Of a DNA stretch of 64,000 nt, positions 1 through 13,079 are shown in pieces. Both the position numbers and the translations under genes were made by a program. The stretch's first letter is position 1, and every line of letters starts with the position of its first letter. The stretch is from Scenedesmus sp. PABB004 (Eukaryota), in NCBI GenBank assembly GCA_014905635.1, contig JABVCE010000017.1, positions 310,001-374,000 of the forward strand. Direction: 5' to 3'. The notes beneath the pieces were generated by a model, which was given only the letters and a program-made list of their open reading frames with translations, was not told the DNA's origin and did not search any database.

Positions 1-70
1 CGCGCGCCGGCCGGCGCCCCGCACAACGCGCGCCGCCCGCCTGGTCCCCGCCCGCCGCGCTCGCTCGCAG

Positions 71-295
71 GCCTCGGCCAGGGCGTGTTCGACCGCAAAT
101 ACGATGCCGCCACGCGCGCCGCGCTCGCGGCGTCGGCGGGCGTGCCAGAGAGCGCCATCTCGCGCGTCGGCGCGCCGGTGACGCCCGGGCCGGCGCCGAC
201 AGCTCCCCCGGCCGCCAAGCCGGCGACGCCCAGCGCGAGCGCCACGCCGGCGCCGGCGCCGGCGGCGGACAAGGCCACGCCCGCGCCCGCGCCAA

Positions 296-341
<46 letters not shown>

Positions 342-2017
342 AACGCCCGCGCCCGCGCCAACGCCCGCGCCCGCACCGGCCAAGACCGCGGCGGCGCCCG
401 AGGCGGCGGCCAAGCCGCCCGCGGCCGCGCCGGCAGAGGAGAATGCCCCGGCAGCGACGGCCGCCGCCGCGCCGGCACCGGCCCCGGAGACGGCGACGCC
501 CGCGCCGGCCAAGGGGGCCCGGCGGCGGCGCCGCCCGCGGAGGAGGCGGCGCCGGCGGCGCCCGCAGAGGAGCCCGCGGCGGCGCCCGCGGAGGAGCCGG
601 CGGCGCCCGCAGCCGCCCCCACCGCGGCGGCCGGCGACGCCGCGCCCGCGCCGGCCCCGGCCCCGGCCCCGGCGCCCGCCACGGCGGCGGTCGCCGCCGC
701 GCCGCGCGCGCCGGTGCCGTCTGCGCTCATCGACGGCCGCGGCGCGCGCCGGCTGCTGCTGCAGCAGGGCGCCGGCGCCGCCGCGAGCGGCGGCGGCATC
801 GCGGCGGAGGCGACGTACGCGATCGCCACGAGCGCGGCCGAGGAGGCGACGAGCCCCGCGGCGATCAACGACAAGCTCCGCGCCGCGGCGTCGCCGCCGG
901 ACTATGCCTTCCTCGCCGCCCTGCGCGCCAAGGGCGTGCCGTACGAGCCATCGCTCTACTTCAACGGCGAGCTGCTGCTCGACGGCCGGCCCGCGCTGTC
1001 GGGCGCGTCGCGCGGCGGCGGCGCCGGCGGCCTCGGCGGCCTGCCCGGCGCCGGCGCCGACGCGGCGCGCGGCGTCGGCGGGCTGCCGCTCTGGGTGTTT
1101 GTGCCCGTCGTCGTGCTCGCGGCGCTGCTCGCCGTGCTGCTGCTGACGGGGACGGTGGTGCTCTGCATGCGCTGCTGCGGCGGCCTGCGCGGCGCCGGCG
1201 CCGGCGCGCGCGGGCGCAAGGAGTCGCTCCTCGGCGGCGACGCGGCGGGCAGCCAGTTCCTCGCCGGCGACGTCGGCGGAAAGGGCGCGGGCGCCGGCGC
1301 CAGCATCGCGCTCGTCGCGCAGCCGGGCGGCGGCTTTGCGCCGACGCAGGGGTGAGTGAGCGAAGCCTCTCCCCTCCCCCCTCTAGCGCGCGCCGCCGCG
1401 GGCCTCACCGACATCTGCTCGCCGCTGACCTGCCGCCTCTCTCTCCTCTCCTCTGCCGCCGCACCGCGCCGCAGCGCGCTGGACCAGCTCAACGCCTCGT
1501 TCCCCACCAAGGGCAGCAGCGTGCGCGGGCCCGAGAGCGTCACGTCGGCGGTCACCGCCGCGACGAGCTCCGCCTTCACCGCCGCCACGACCGCGCGCTC
1601 CACGGCGGGCCTCGTGGCCACGCAGGTGCGCCGCACGCGCGGCGCGGAGGGCTCAGCGCGTCCCTGCGGCTGGCCCCGCCGCGCACGCGCGCGCGCGGCT
1701 CGCGCGCGCACCGCCTCACCGCCTCACCGCCGCCCGCCGCCCGCCGCCGCCGCGGCCGCGCCCGCCAGGACGGCAAGCAGCACCGCAAGCACCGCGCCGG
1801 CAGCGCCGGCGGCGACCCCGACGCGGCGGCTCTCGCCTACTACAAGACCCTCGCCGCGAGCGGCCAGCCGGTGCCGATCGGGCACGCGCGCGCGTCGCGG
1901 CCGCGCCCCGGCCCCGCCACGATCAAGGTGCCGTCCGTCACGGGGCCGCCGAGCGTGGGCGGCGGCGCCGACGGCGGCGCCGACGCGCCGCCGCGCGGCG
2001 CGCGCGACCAGCTGTGA
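71..2017 (+). CDS. 3' part of a Pro/Ala-rich single-pass membrane (cell-surface) protein; start lies upstream of the window
   Basis: Acceptor ctcgcag at 64-70. Exons ~71-1351, 1475-1625 and 1769-2017 have GT-AG boundaries in matching phase. Contains an (AP)n/PAEE-rich region, an RRLLLQ motif and a TM helix (LWVFVPVVVLAALLAVLLLTGTVVLC). A frame change near 515 is needed. Confidence 0.7.
281..375 (+). repeat. Coding hexamer tandem repeat (GCGCCC)n encoding (Ala-Pro)n
   Basis: gcgccc units are visible directly, interrupted by gcgccaacgccc. Confidence 0.85.
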
Positions 2018-3059
2018 GCGCGCGCCGCCGCGGCGGCGCACGCGCGGCCCGCAAGCGCCCGGGGCTCGCGCGGCGAGAGAGAGGGGATGGGTGGGCACCT
2101 GGTGCCGGTGCTGTTGTTGGACTGGGCCGATGATGACTACTAAGCTGGCAAGCGACTCCTCTTGTGCTCTTCAGGGGGGGCCCAGGCGCCTGGTCTTGTC
2201 GCGCGCTTGCGCCCGCCCGCACAGCGGCCGCTGCGGCACTCAGGCCGCACGCCCGGGGCGACGCAACGCGGCAAGACGCGTGCGCGCAGCGCTGCGGGCG
2301 CCGCGGGCAGGGGGTTGCGGGCTGGGGCGGCTGGGCGGAGGTTCGCAGCGCTGGGGGGGGGGGGGGCGCGCGCGGCCCCTGGTCAACCCACCACCCTCCA
2401 AAGGAACGTGCCGCCGTGCTGCGGCGGCGGGACTGCCAGTTTCGGGCGCGCTCTGTTGTTCGCACGCACGCACACGGGCGCGCGCCAGGAGGCGCCGTCC
2501 GAGAGAGGTCCGCAGCCGCGCCTACGCACGCGGCCACCTTGTGACGGGTGAATTGAACGGCAGGCGCACGGCGGCGGGGCGGCGAATGCACCAACCACAA
2601 ACCGGGCGCGCAGGGCGGGCAGGCCGAGGGGCGGCGGGGCGCCCGGGGCGGCGGTCGGGCGCGCGCGCGCCCGGCACGCATACATGCTCACAGGGCGTGT
2701 GGGTGAGAGGTCAGGCGGGTCCAGGAGGGGGTGGGGTGGGTCACAGGCAAACACGAGCGACCGTCGCGGCGCGCGGCGGCAGCGGCGCGGTAGTGCGGTG
2801 CTTGAGCCCCGAGCCTGCCGACCGGCTTTCGATCGCCCACCCCGGCTGTGGAGCGACCAGCGTCCCGCGCTCGCGCTGGGCTGCGCAGCGCGCACAGGCC
2901 CGGCAAACCGATCCGAGCTGCTGCAGCCCCCCGCGACTCCCAAGCCCGCGCACTGGCGCGCCTCGCCGCCAGACGTTGAGATCTCCCGGGCGCGGTGGAC
3001 CAGGGCGTCAGCTCGGCGGCAGCAGCAGCGGCGGTGCGCAAGCCGACAGCAGCAGCGGC

Positions 3060-3125
3060 ATGGCGGCGCCGGACGAGGCGGCGGCGCCGCGCGCCGGCAG
3101 GGAGCCCGCGGCTGCGGCGGCTTCC

Positions 3126-3158
<33 letters not shown>

Positions 3159-6100
3159 GGCGCGAGCCTGCAGGATCTGTACCTCAAGGTGCGGCCGAGG
3201 GGGCCTGCCGCCGCAGCGCCGCCGCCGCGCTGCTGCCAGGCCTCGCGCGCGGTCCCGCCGCGGGGCGCAGCGCCCAGCGCGCCGCCCAGCGCGCCGCGCG
3301 CCGCAGGTTCGCGACAAGCCCTGCCGCGTGGCCGACGTGCGCGTCGAGCCGGGCGGCCCCGCGGCGGAGCCGCCCGCGGCGGCCCGCCCGCGCCGCGGCC
3401 GCTGCGGCTGCGCCAGGAGATCCTGGACCGGGAGCTCGAGCGCGTCTACGACGCCCGCACGCTCAAGGGTGCGGCGCGCCGCGCAGCGCGCTGCTGCCCT
3501 CGCCGCCCGCCGGCGCGCCGCCGAGCTGTTGTTCTTTGATCCAGCTGCACCGGCGGCGTCCGCCGCGCCGCTCGCCCGCCGGCGGTCCCGTCGGCCCCGC
3601 TCGCCCCCGCCCCTCAACCCCTGTGAACCCCCGCACGCCCCCAAACCGCCCCCAGAGGTGCACGAGGCGCTCGAGCGCAGCGTGGAGGTGCTGCGCCAGC
3701 TGGAGGTGTACGAGGACGTCACGGCGCTCATCGACGCGCAGCCCCTGGTGCGCCGCGGCAGCGGGGTGTTAACTGTTGTTGTTTGACTGTTGTTTGACCG
3801 CGTTCAGACTGTTACACCCCTTGTTGCGGCGCTCATTTGACGCGCAGCCCCTGGTGCGCGTCGCTCCGCGCGCTGCCTCGTGTTCAGACTTGCTTGACTG
3901 TTTCTTTGACAGTTCTTTTGTTGGCCGCGTTTGGACTGTGTGTGAGGCCGTCAACCTCGCGGCCTTTCCTTCCTTTCCAACTGCCCTTTGCTGACCTGCC
4001 CTGTGAACTGCCCTGTGTGTCCGCGCCGCAGAGCGAGCCCGACGCGTGCAGCGTGCAGCTCGTGCTGACCGAGGTCGGGCGCTACAGCTTCAAGGGCGGG
4101 ACCTACACACAGGCGCGTGCGCGGCGGGCGGCGGGCGGGGCGCGGGGGCTCGCGGTCGCGCACGCGCACGCGCTCGCGTACGCGCACGCCCGCGCCCACG
4201 CACGCACCCACGCGCATGCGCACGCCAACGCGTGCCCGCAGGGCGGCGAGTACAGCGTGGAGGGCAGCGTGACGGCGCGCAACGCGCTCGGCGTGGCCGA
4301 CCAGTGGGCGCTCACGGGTGCGGCGGGGAGAACCTCAAAGCCTCAAAACCCGAGCCCCCCGCCGCCGCCGCTGCCGCAGGCGCGCGCTCACGCGCACCCG
4401 TGCCGCCGCGCCGCGCCGCGCCGCGCCGGCGCGGCACTCCAGGCGAGCTGGGCACGCGCGCGAGCAAGAACTTTGCGGCGAGCTTCCGCCTCCCGCGCGC
4501 GGGCGGGCGCGGCGTGACGCCCGAGCTGCGGCTTTACCAGGTGGGGCGCAGGGTTTAGGGGACGCCAGGGAGAGTTCTGGGGTCGGCAGGAGGGCTGTCC
4601 GCGTCACAGCGAGGAGCCCTGACGCACGCGTGCGCGCGCATCAACCCTCGCACGCCCCCCCCCCCCCTCTGCCCCCGCCAGGCGTTCAACAACCAGCAGC
4701 TGCACAGCTCCTGGACCGAGGCCATGCGCGGCGTGAGCGTCGCGCTCTTCAGGTGCGCCGCCGCCAGGGCGCAGGGCTCAGGGGGGCGGTTTGTTCGACC
4801 CCCCCCCCCCCCCCCCCGCGCCCCCCGCCCCCCTCCCCCTGGCCCGCCGCGCAAGCGCCGGCCCGCCCCGCGGTGTGCGCCTGGGCGCCCCCGCTGAGCC
4901 GCGCCCGCGCCCGCCGCCGCGGCCGCCGCCGCGGCTGCCGCGCAGCGCGGACGACCCGGGTCTGTCAGTGACGTATGAGTACGGCTGGCGCAGCCTGCTG
5001 GCCGGCGCGACGGCGAGCAAGCCCGTGCGCGCGCAGGTGGGGCGGCCGGGGCCCGCGGGGTCGGGGGCGCGGTGCAGCGCGGGGCCGGGCGGCGCGGCGC
5101 GCGGCGCGCGGCGCGCGGCCCTGCGCCCTCCCCGCGAGGGCCCTGAACCCTCCTCGCGAGGTTCAGGTTTAAGCGCCCCCCCCCCCAAAACCCCGACCCC
5201 AGGCCGGGGACTACCTGAAGGCGGCGCTGCGCGCCACGTGCGCCTTCACGGGCGGCGGCCGCAACACGGCAGAGGTGCTGCCGACGCAGGTGCGCGCGCG
5301 GCCCGCCGCCCGCCGCGGTTGGGAGCGCGCGCCGCCGCGCGCCCACGCGCGCGCGCGCGCCGCCGCGCCGCCGCTCCCCCGCGCGCGCGCAGGGCTGGGC
5401 GCTGCGCCTGACGGGCGAGGTCGGCGGCGTCGCGCCGGGCGCGGCGTCGCTGCGCTACGTGAGGCAGCAGGCCCACCTCAGCTGGGCTGCGCCGCTCGCC
5501 GAGCAGCTGAGCCTGCACGTGGAGGCCGCGGCGGGTGCGGCCGCGCCGGCGAGGCCGCCCACCACCGCCGCGGCGGCGGCGCCCCTCTCCCCCTCGCTCC
5601 CTCGCTCCCTCTCTCCCTCTCGCGCCGAGCCGCCGCGCCGCCGCGCCGCCGCCGCCGCCGCGCGCGCAGGCGCGCTGCTGCCGTGCTGGGCGCCGCGCGG
5701 CGGCGCGGCGCGGGGGTCGCCACTGCCGGAGCGCTTTTACTTGGGCGGCGTGGAGAGCAACCTGCGGGGCTTTGACACGCGCGGCGTCGGTGCGCGCGGG
5801 GCGGGGTGGGGGCTTTCAGGGTTTATCAGGGTTGACCAGGGAGCAGCGCTCGCGGCCGGGGCGGCGCTCGCAGCACAGGGTTTTGCGCCCACAACCCCCG
5901 TGCCGCGCCGCCCGCCGCGCAGGCCCGAGCGAGCCGCGCCGCCAGGGCGCCGCGGCGCGCGGCAGCAGCGGCGGCGGCGGCGCGGAGCCGCCCGCGGCGG
6001 CGCACGGTGCGCGCCGCGCGCCGCGCACCGCGCGCACCCCTCCCCTCCCCAACCCCTGCTGCCCCAACCTGCCGCCAACCCCGCCCCCGCTCTCGCACCC

Positions 6101-6749
6101 TCGAAACCGCTCAACCCTAAACCTCGCCCTAAACCCCGCGCAGGCGGCGCCCCGAGCCGCGACGCGCTCGGCGGCGACCTCTTTGCAAACATCTACGCCG
6201 CGCTGCTGCTGCGCCTCCCCGGCCGCGCCGGCGACGCAGGCGTGTTTGCGCACGCGTTTGCCAACGGCGGCTCGTCGGCGCTGCTGCCGTGCGGTGCGGC
6301 GGGCGGGGCGCGCGGGGCGCGCGGCACGGCACGGGCGCGCAGCACGGCGCGGGCGGTGGCGGCGGCCGACGCGCGACCGCGGCGCGACCCGCAGGCGCCG
6401 GCGGCGAGGGCGGCGGCGCGCGCGGCGCGCTCGGCGCGCTCGCGGAGCGCCTGCGCGGCGGCGCGGCGGCGGCGGGGCAGAGCTTCCGCTGGAGCGCGGG
6501 TGGGCGCGCCGCGCCGCGCTCGGGGGGCGCTGCCGCTCAAGCCCCAAACCGCCCTGGGACCTAGTCCCCTCCCTGCCTGAGCCGGCCCTCCCTGCTGCTG
6601 CCCCCGCGCGCTGCCCAGGCGTCGGGCTGGTGTTCCCGACGCTGCTCGGCCGGCTGGAGGCCAACTACTGCTGGGTGCTGACCGCGGGGGAGCACGACCG
6701 GCTGCGGCGGGGCTTCTCCTTCGGCTTCGCCGCCAACATGGGCCTGTGA
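3060..6749 (+). CDS. SAM50: Sam50/Omp85-family mitochondrial outer-membrane beta-barrel assembly protein (multi-exon)
   Basis: POTRA-like exons (VRDKPCRVADVRV..EILDRELERVYDART..EVHEALERSVEVLRQLEVYEDV) and barrel motifs RNALGVADQW, ERFYLGGVESNLRGF, RDALGGDL, GVGLVFPTLLGRLEANY..GFSFGF. ATG at 3060, TGA at 6747-6749. One apparent frameshift near 3385. Confidence 0.9.
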
Positions 6750-7321
6750 TGGCTGTGATGGCTGCCGCGCGCGGCGCCAGGGGCGTCGCTCGCGAGGCGG
6801 CGGCGCGGCGCGGCGCGGGCGCGGCGCGGGCGGCGGCGCCGGCGGCGGCAGCGCGTGCGGCGGCGGCAGCGCCTGCGGGCGTGTGCGGGCGTCTGCGGGC
6901 CCACGGCGGCAGGATGGGCCGGGAGGCGCGGCCTGCCGCGCGCTGGGCGAGCAAATCGGGCGGCGTCATCTCGCCCCGGCGACCGGCTTCCCGGCCTTCG
7001 CGACGGGCCGCGCCTGCTCCGTCTGATGTCAGCGCGTCAGTCGAAATCGGCCGAGGCAATGCCGCTCGACGGCGGCACCACCGCCCGCCAGACTGCTGCC
7101 GGCCGCGCGACACAACCCTGGCGCCGGCGCGCTGCCTGCTGCCCGGCCCCGGTCGCGCGTCCAGTGCCGGCCATCGCGGCTATCGCGCCCCCGCGCCCGC
7201 GCGCCCCCGCCCCGCCCCTGGCAGCCGGGTGCTGCCCCGCCCTGCATCGGCCCTTCACCCCCCCGCGGCGGCGAGCGCGGGGCCCAGGCTGACGGTCCCG
7301 CCTCCCGACCACCCCGCCGGC

Positions 7322-10300
7322 ATGGCGGTGGTGACGCAGACGCACACGGCGCTGCGGCCGACGAGCCTGGCGGTGGTGCAGGAGGGCCCGCCCGGCGCCG
7401 TGGCCAGCCCCAGCCCGCCGCCGAGCCTGTACGACGACCTGCCCATCGTGGTGCAGGCCAGCGAGCAGAAGGCGCTCAAATCGGAGGTGCGCGGCGCTCC
7501 AGCGCGCGCCCGGCATTCGCGCGCCCCACGTGCACGCCCGACGCGCAGCCGTGCGGCCACCGCGCCGCGCCGGGAGCCGCTCCGGTGGCGTGCCGAGCTG
7601 AGGGCAACCAGAGGGCCAGCGCGCGCGCCCTGACCAGGGCGGGAGCTGCTGCTGTCCCGGGCGAGCAGGCGGCAACCCGCCCGCCCCCGCCCGCCGCGGC
7701 CCGGCGCCGACGCGCAGGACGTCATCTACGTGCGCCGCGTCGACCCGGGCCCGGGCAACGTGCACAGCATCTTCATGGTCTGCGACGGCCACCAAGGCCC
7801 GGGCGCGGCGAACCACCTCGTGCAGCACATGCCCGGCCTGCTCGGCCAGCTGCTCCCGCCGGCGCTGCCGGACTGGCAGGACATGCGGTGCGCCCCGGCA
7901 GTGCTCGCCGGGGCAGCGCGCGCGGCAGCGCGCGACGCAGCCGGCGGCGGCGGCGGGCGCGGCCGGTGCCGCGCGCACCGGCGCCCGCCCACGCGCCCCG
8001 CCGTCTCCCGCCCCGCGCGCCCCCAGGGCGGTGAATGAGTTCGCCGAGAAGGTCCGCCGCGCGATCAGCACCGCGGCGGTGCTGCTGGACAACGACTACG
8101 CGGCGACGGAGGAGACGGCGGGTGCGCCGCGCCCCCGCCGCGTCCGCGCCGCGCCCGCCCCGCGTGCGGCCTTCCGCCCGCCCGCCCGGCCCGCCCGCGG
8201 CGCCGGCGCCGGCCCCGCCCAGCCCTCAGCCCAGCCCTCGGCCCACAGCCCTCACGCCCGCAACCCCGCTCAACCTCCGTGCAACCTCCCGCCCCGCAGG
8301 CACGACGCTGACGATGTCGGTCGTGTCCGGCTGGCTGCTGACCGTCGCAAACGTGGGCGACAGCAACGCCGTCATCGACACCGGCGACAGCGTGAGCGAG
8401 ATAACCTACAGCCACCGAATCCAGGCGCGGCGCGCTGCGCAGCTGCGCGGCGGCGCGGCACGCGCCGCGGCGCGGGAGCGCGGAGCGCGGACGGCGCGGC
8501 GCGGGGGTCGGGAGCGCGGACGGCGCGGCGCCCCAGCCAGCACCTGAACCACCACCACCCGCTGCCGCCGCCGCCGCCGCGCGCAGGTCAACAAGGGCGA
8601 GCAGAACCGGCTGCGCCAGGCGGGCGCGCAGCTCGCGCCGCTGGGCTTCCACCTGCAGGTGCGCGGCGCGGAGGGGCGCCGCGGGTCCGCGCAGGGCGCC
8701 CCACCGGCGCGGCGCGCACGCGCGGCGCTCCGACCGGCGCGCCGGCCCCGACACGCCGCGTGCGCCGCCGCCGCCGCCGCCGCGTGCGCCGCGCAGGGCC
8801 CGGCGAAGCCTCAGGAGATGGGCGTCGGCCCGCTGCGCATGTGGCCGGGCGGGCTGTGCGTCAGCCGCAGCATCGGAGACCTCGACGCGGGTGCGCGCCG
8901 CCGCGCTGCCGCCCGCGCTGCCGCCCGCCGCCGCGCCGCCTCTCCTCCCCCTGTCGCAGCCCCTCTTGACCCCCGCCGCGCCCGCCCGCCCGCTGCGCGC
9001 GCGCCGCGCAGGGCCGCTGATCGTGCCGATGCCGCACGTGCGGCAGGTGCTGCTCACGCGGCACCGCGCGCTGCGGCTCATCATGGCCAGCGACGGCCTG
9101 TGGGACCTCATGACCTTCAGGTGGGTGTTAGTTTAGCTGTTATTTGACTGTTATTCAGGAGTTCAAAACAGAGCTGCTCCTAGGAGCTCAAAAGGGAGCT
9201 GTTTGGAGCTCGAACGCCCCCCTCCCCGCTCTCGCTCTCGCTCACGCGCGCGCGCCCCGCGCACGCCCCGCGCGCGCCCGCGCGCCCGCGAGCGCAGCAA
9301 GGCGGCCAAGAGCGTGCGCCACAAGCTGCCGCACCAGGCGGTCAGCACGCTCTGCTCCATGGTCGCGCGCGACAAGCGCATGGCGGACGACGTAAGCATC
9401 ATCATAATTGACCTCCTGCCCCCGCCGGGCGTCGGCGTGATGCCCGCGCAGTTCCCCGCGTCGGCGCTGCAGGTGGGCAGCGCGCTGGCGCGGCCGCGCG
9501 GCGCGGGCGGGCCGCGCGGCGGGCGAGCGGGGTCCGGGGCTGCGGCTCACACCCCGCGCCCCGCCCGCGCAGGCCGGCGCCAAGGGCGGCGGCGGCGGCG
9601 GCGGCGGCGCTGGCGGCGGCGGCGGCGCTGGCGCCGGCGGCCGGTCGAGCAAGTCTGGCGGCGGCGGCGGCGGGCTGTTCAGCTGCTTCAAGTCGCCCGC
9701 CGTGGAGGAGGAGGAGCCGCCCGCGAGCTACGCCCACACGGGCGCCGCGCCAGTCGCGCACGCCAACCTGGGTGCGCGCGCCCGCCCTGCGCGCGGTCGC
9801 CGCCGCTGCAAAACACAGCAGCACATCGCAATAACAACATGACACCCCCCCCCCCCGCCCCGCGGAACGCAGTCGTGCCGACCGGCCCGCTCGCGCGGCC
9901 GTGGGGCGGGCTGGAGTTTCTGGCCGACGTGGACTGCCACGAGGCGTACCCGATGCACGGCGCGCAGCTCGCGCGCGCGTCGGTCTCGCTCGCGGCGCGC
10001 GCGTCGCCGCCGCCGCGCGGGCGCACCGACTACACAGTGCACGGCGGCACGGTGCGGCGGCGCGCCCGCGTGGGCCGCAGGCGGCGCGCGCCAGTGGGCG
10101 GGGGCGGGCCAGGGGCGCGCGGGGCGCGGCGCCGCGCGCCGTACGCGCCGGCCGCGCCGCGCCCACGCCGCGCGCCACGCGCCGCACGTGCCGCGCCGCA
10201 GCAGGCGCACACGTTCAACGCCGACGTGAGCTGGCACTCGGGCGCGACGCAGCACGGCGGCAGCGGCCTGCCGACGTTCCTCTCGCAGTCGCAGCTCGCC

Positions 10301-11068
10301 GCGCTGCAGGCCAACGGCCCCGCCGCGGCGGCGAGCATGACCCTGTCCGGCCCCAGCGCCCTCGGCGAGCCGCCGCCGCTGCCGGGCGCGACCGCAGCGC
10401 CGCCGCCGGGGCCGCGGCACCCCGTGCACCGCCCCGTCGCGGCGCCGCCGGCGCCCGGGCCGGCCGGGCGCGCGCAGCTCCTGGCAATGATGGGTGAGGC
10501 GATGCAGGACGACAACAACCTGCAGGGCCACATGGCCGAGGCCGGCGGCGGCGGCGGCGCGCCGCCGCCGGAGGGCCGCGTGCACGGCGTGCGCCCGCTC
10601 GCGGCCTGCCCCACGCACGTGTTCCCGACGCAGGCGTACGACGCGCCGGCCGGCGGCACCGCGGAGGCCGCGGCCGCGGCCGTCGCGGCCGGCGGCGGCC
10701 GCGGCGGCGGCGCGCGCGGCTTCGGGCCGTCGAGCCCCGCGGCGGGCGCGCTGCTGCGCAGCGCGAGTGCCGAGTTCGAAAACCCCGACGGCTCGGGCGT
10801 GTATGTCGCCGGCGACGACGGCGCGCTGCTGCCGCCGGGCCGCGTCGCCGCGCCCGGCCGCGTCGTCGGCGTCGCGTCGGCCGCGCCGGTCGCGAGCCAC
10901 TATGGCTCCGCGCCCATCGCGCCGCTGCGCAGCGGCAGCGCCGCGGCGGTCGCCGCGGGCCGCCACGGCGGCAGCCTGAGCGCCGCCGCGGCGGCGGCCG
11001 AGGCGGAGGAGGAGGAGGGGCTGCGCCAGCGCGGCGTGCGCAGCGCTCTCTATGGCGACGGCATCTGA
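7322..11068 (+). CDS. Protein phosphatase 2C (PPM family) with a long low-complexity C-terminal tail (multi-exon)
   Basis: Spliced motifs KSE|D, FMVCDGHQG, GTTLT, VANVGDS, RMWPGGLCVSRSIGD, IMASDGLWD and DDVSIIIIDL. Confidence 0.92.
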
Positions 11069-12440
11069 GCGCCGCGCCGCGCGCTGCTGCTGCAGGGGGC
11101 TGCAGGGCTGCCGGGCGCGATCTCGCCCCCCCGGGGGGCTCGCTTGATTGAAGCAAGCAAGCAAGCGCCGCGTGTGCGTGTCTCTGTGTGCGCCCCCCGT
11201 TGGTGTGCGTGCGCGGCGCCGCGGAGGTGTTGACAGCAGGCGCACGAGCCATTGGGTCGGTCGTTGCGGCTCTTGCGATTGAACGGACGGCGCGGCAGGC
11301 GCTGCTGCTGCTGCTCAGACCCACGGGGGCCGCTGCCACGCGGGCGCGCGCGCGCGTGAGACCGCCGCGCCGCGCCGCCGGCCTGCCCGGCTGGCGTCCC
11401 GTGCTGGGGTGGGGGGACACTGCGCTGCGGCGCGTGCTCGTGCTGCGCGCCGCCGGCGCGCGCCGGCATGCGCCCGGCAGGCCGCGCCCGCGCCGTGCGC
11501 GGCGCCGGCCGCGTCGGCGGTGGGCGCCCGCGCCCGCTGCTGCGCGGCCGCCGACTTTGGCGCCGCACCATGTTGATTTCGTGCATACAGCATGCCCGCC
11601 GTGCAGCCGGGGCGCGCCGCTGCGCGCCGCTGCGCTGCGTCGGGCGGCGACGCCCGGGCCGTCGAACAGCGGTGGGGCAACCTGCATGGAGGCGGCTCAG
11701 CCCGCAGGGCTGCTGCTGCCTCTGCTTTCGGAAGCGCTTCCACGCCACGCGTGTACTTCCGGGGCCCGGCCCGCCCGGCCCCGGCACCCTTGCCGGCGCG
11801 CATTGGCCCGGCCGAGGGTGCGTGCCACGTGCGCACACGTGGCGAGCCACGCGACACATGATGGTGCGGCGGTCGGCCACGGTCAGTCAATCAATCAGGC
11901 GATCACATCACACAGTAGCCGCCGCGAGCGGCGATGTACCAACCATCATGGCGCGGCGAGTGTTTCAGCGTGTGTGTGCGTGTGTGTGTGCGTGTGCGTG
12001 CCGTGTGCTGTGTGCTGTGTGCTGTGTGCGCGTGTGTGCGCGTGCGTGCTGTGTGCTGTGTGCGCGCGCTGCGTGGCACGGCAGGCGCGGCCTCGCGCCG
12101 CCGGCGTCGCTTACCGGCGGCGCGCCCGCGCGGGCGCGGCCGGCCCCCGTGCCGGCGCGCGCCCCGTCGCCGCATAACGCCCACCCGCCCGGCAGCCCAC
12201 CACCACGCACGTGTGGCCTGCTGCTGCTGCTCGCCGGCCCGGGGCTTTTTGGGGGGGCTCTGGGGTCTCGGCCATATGCTTCCATCATCTCTTGGCCTTG
12301 CTGCTGCTGCTGCTGCTGCAACTGCCGTCGCCCCGACGGCAGCGCCTGCCTGCCGCGCTGCGCCGCGCGCACTGCGCTGCCGGCAGCTGCGGCCCCTGAG
12401 CGAGCGCGAGCGCGGGCGGCAGCGAGGCAACAACTCGAAT

Positions 12441-12445
12441 TTACA
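12441..12445 (-). promoter_or_regulatory. Candidate chlorophyte poly(A) signal TGTAA for the amino-acid transporter
   Basis: ttaca on the + strand, ~635 bp downstream of the stop at 13080. UGUAA is the established chlorophyte near-upstream element. Confidence 0.35.
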
Positions 12446-13079
12446 CAACCTCGACCGACGCAGCGCCACGGCTGCCCGCCCGCAGCAGCAGCAGCAGCAG
12501 CAGCAGCAGAGGCAGCGCCGCCCACGGCAGGCGCGCGGCGGGCGCAGAAGTTGCGCGCCCCGCACGTGCATGCATGGCGTGCGCGCGCTCGCACGAGCGC
12601 GCAGACGACGCTGGCGCCGCCAACACACATTTAGCAACGCCCCGTGGACTAGAGTACACCGCCGCGTGGTGCCGCCAGATCAAAGCAAGAGAGCAGAGAG
12701 AGCAGAGAGCAGAGAGCAGAGCAGCGCAGCAAAACGGGCCCCGCCCCGCCAACACCAACGCGCAGCCGCCCGCCCATTCAGCCGCCGGTGCGGCGGCCAC
12801 ACGCGCGCACGCCCGCCCCGCGGTGCAGGTGCGCCTCCCTGGGACTCCTGGTCCTCCCCTTGCCCCTCCCCTTCCCCTTCCCTCCCCGCCCTCCCACGCC
12901 AACATGCGTGCACACGTGGTGGTTCAAAAACCCGGGCCGGCAGCGCCGCAGAGCGCGGCGCGCAGCTCGCCCGGGCGGGCTCGCGCGCGGGTTGGTTTCG
13001 GCGGCGGCGCGCCGGCGCCGGCGGCCCCGGTTTAGAGGCCCCCTAAACCCTCCAACCCTAAACCCTAGGCGGAGAGGCG

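Noticed and set aside
11885..11952. Possible box C/D snoRNA on the - strand (ATGATG...CTGA)
   Set aside because: Box C is imperfect, the element is short and I could not identify an rRNA guide. An Infernal search would be needed.
11965..12630. Possible small gene on the - strand (..MMEAYGRDPRAPPKSPGP..)
   Set aside because: No recognisable domain or consistent exon chain; the region is microsatellite-rich sequence between convergent 3' ends.
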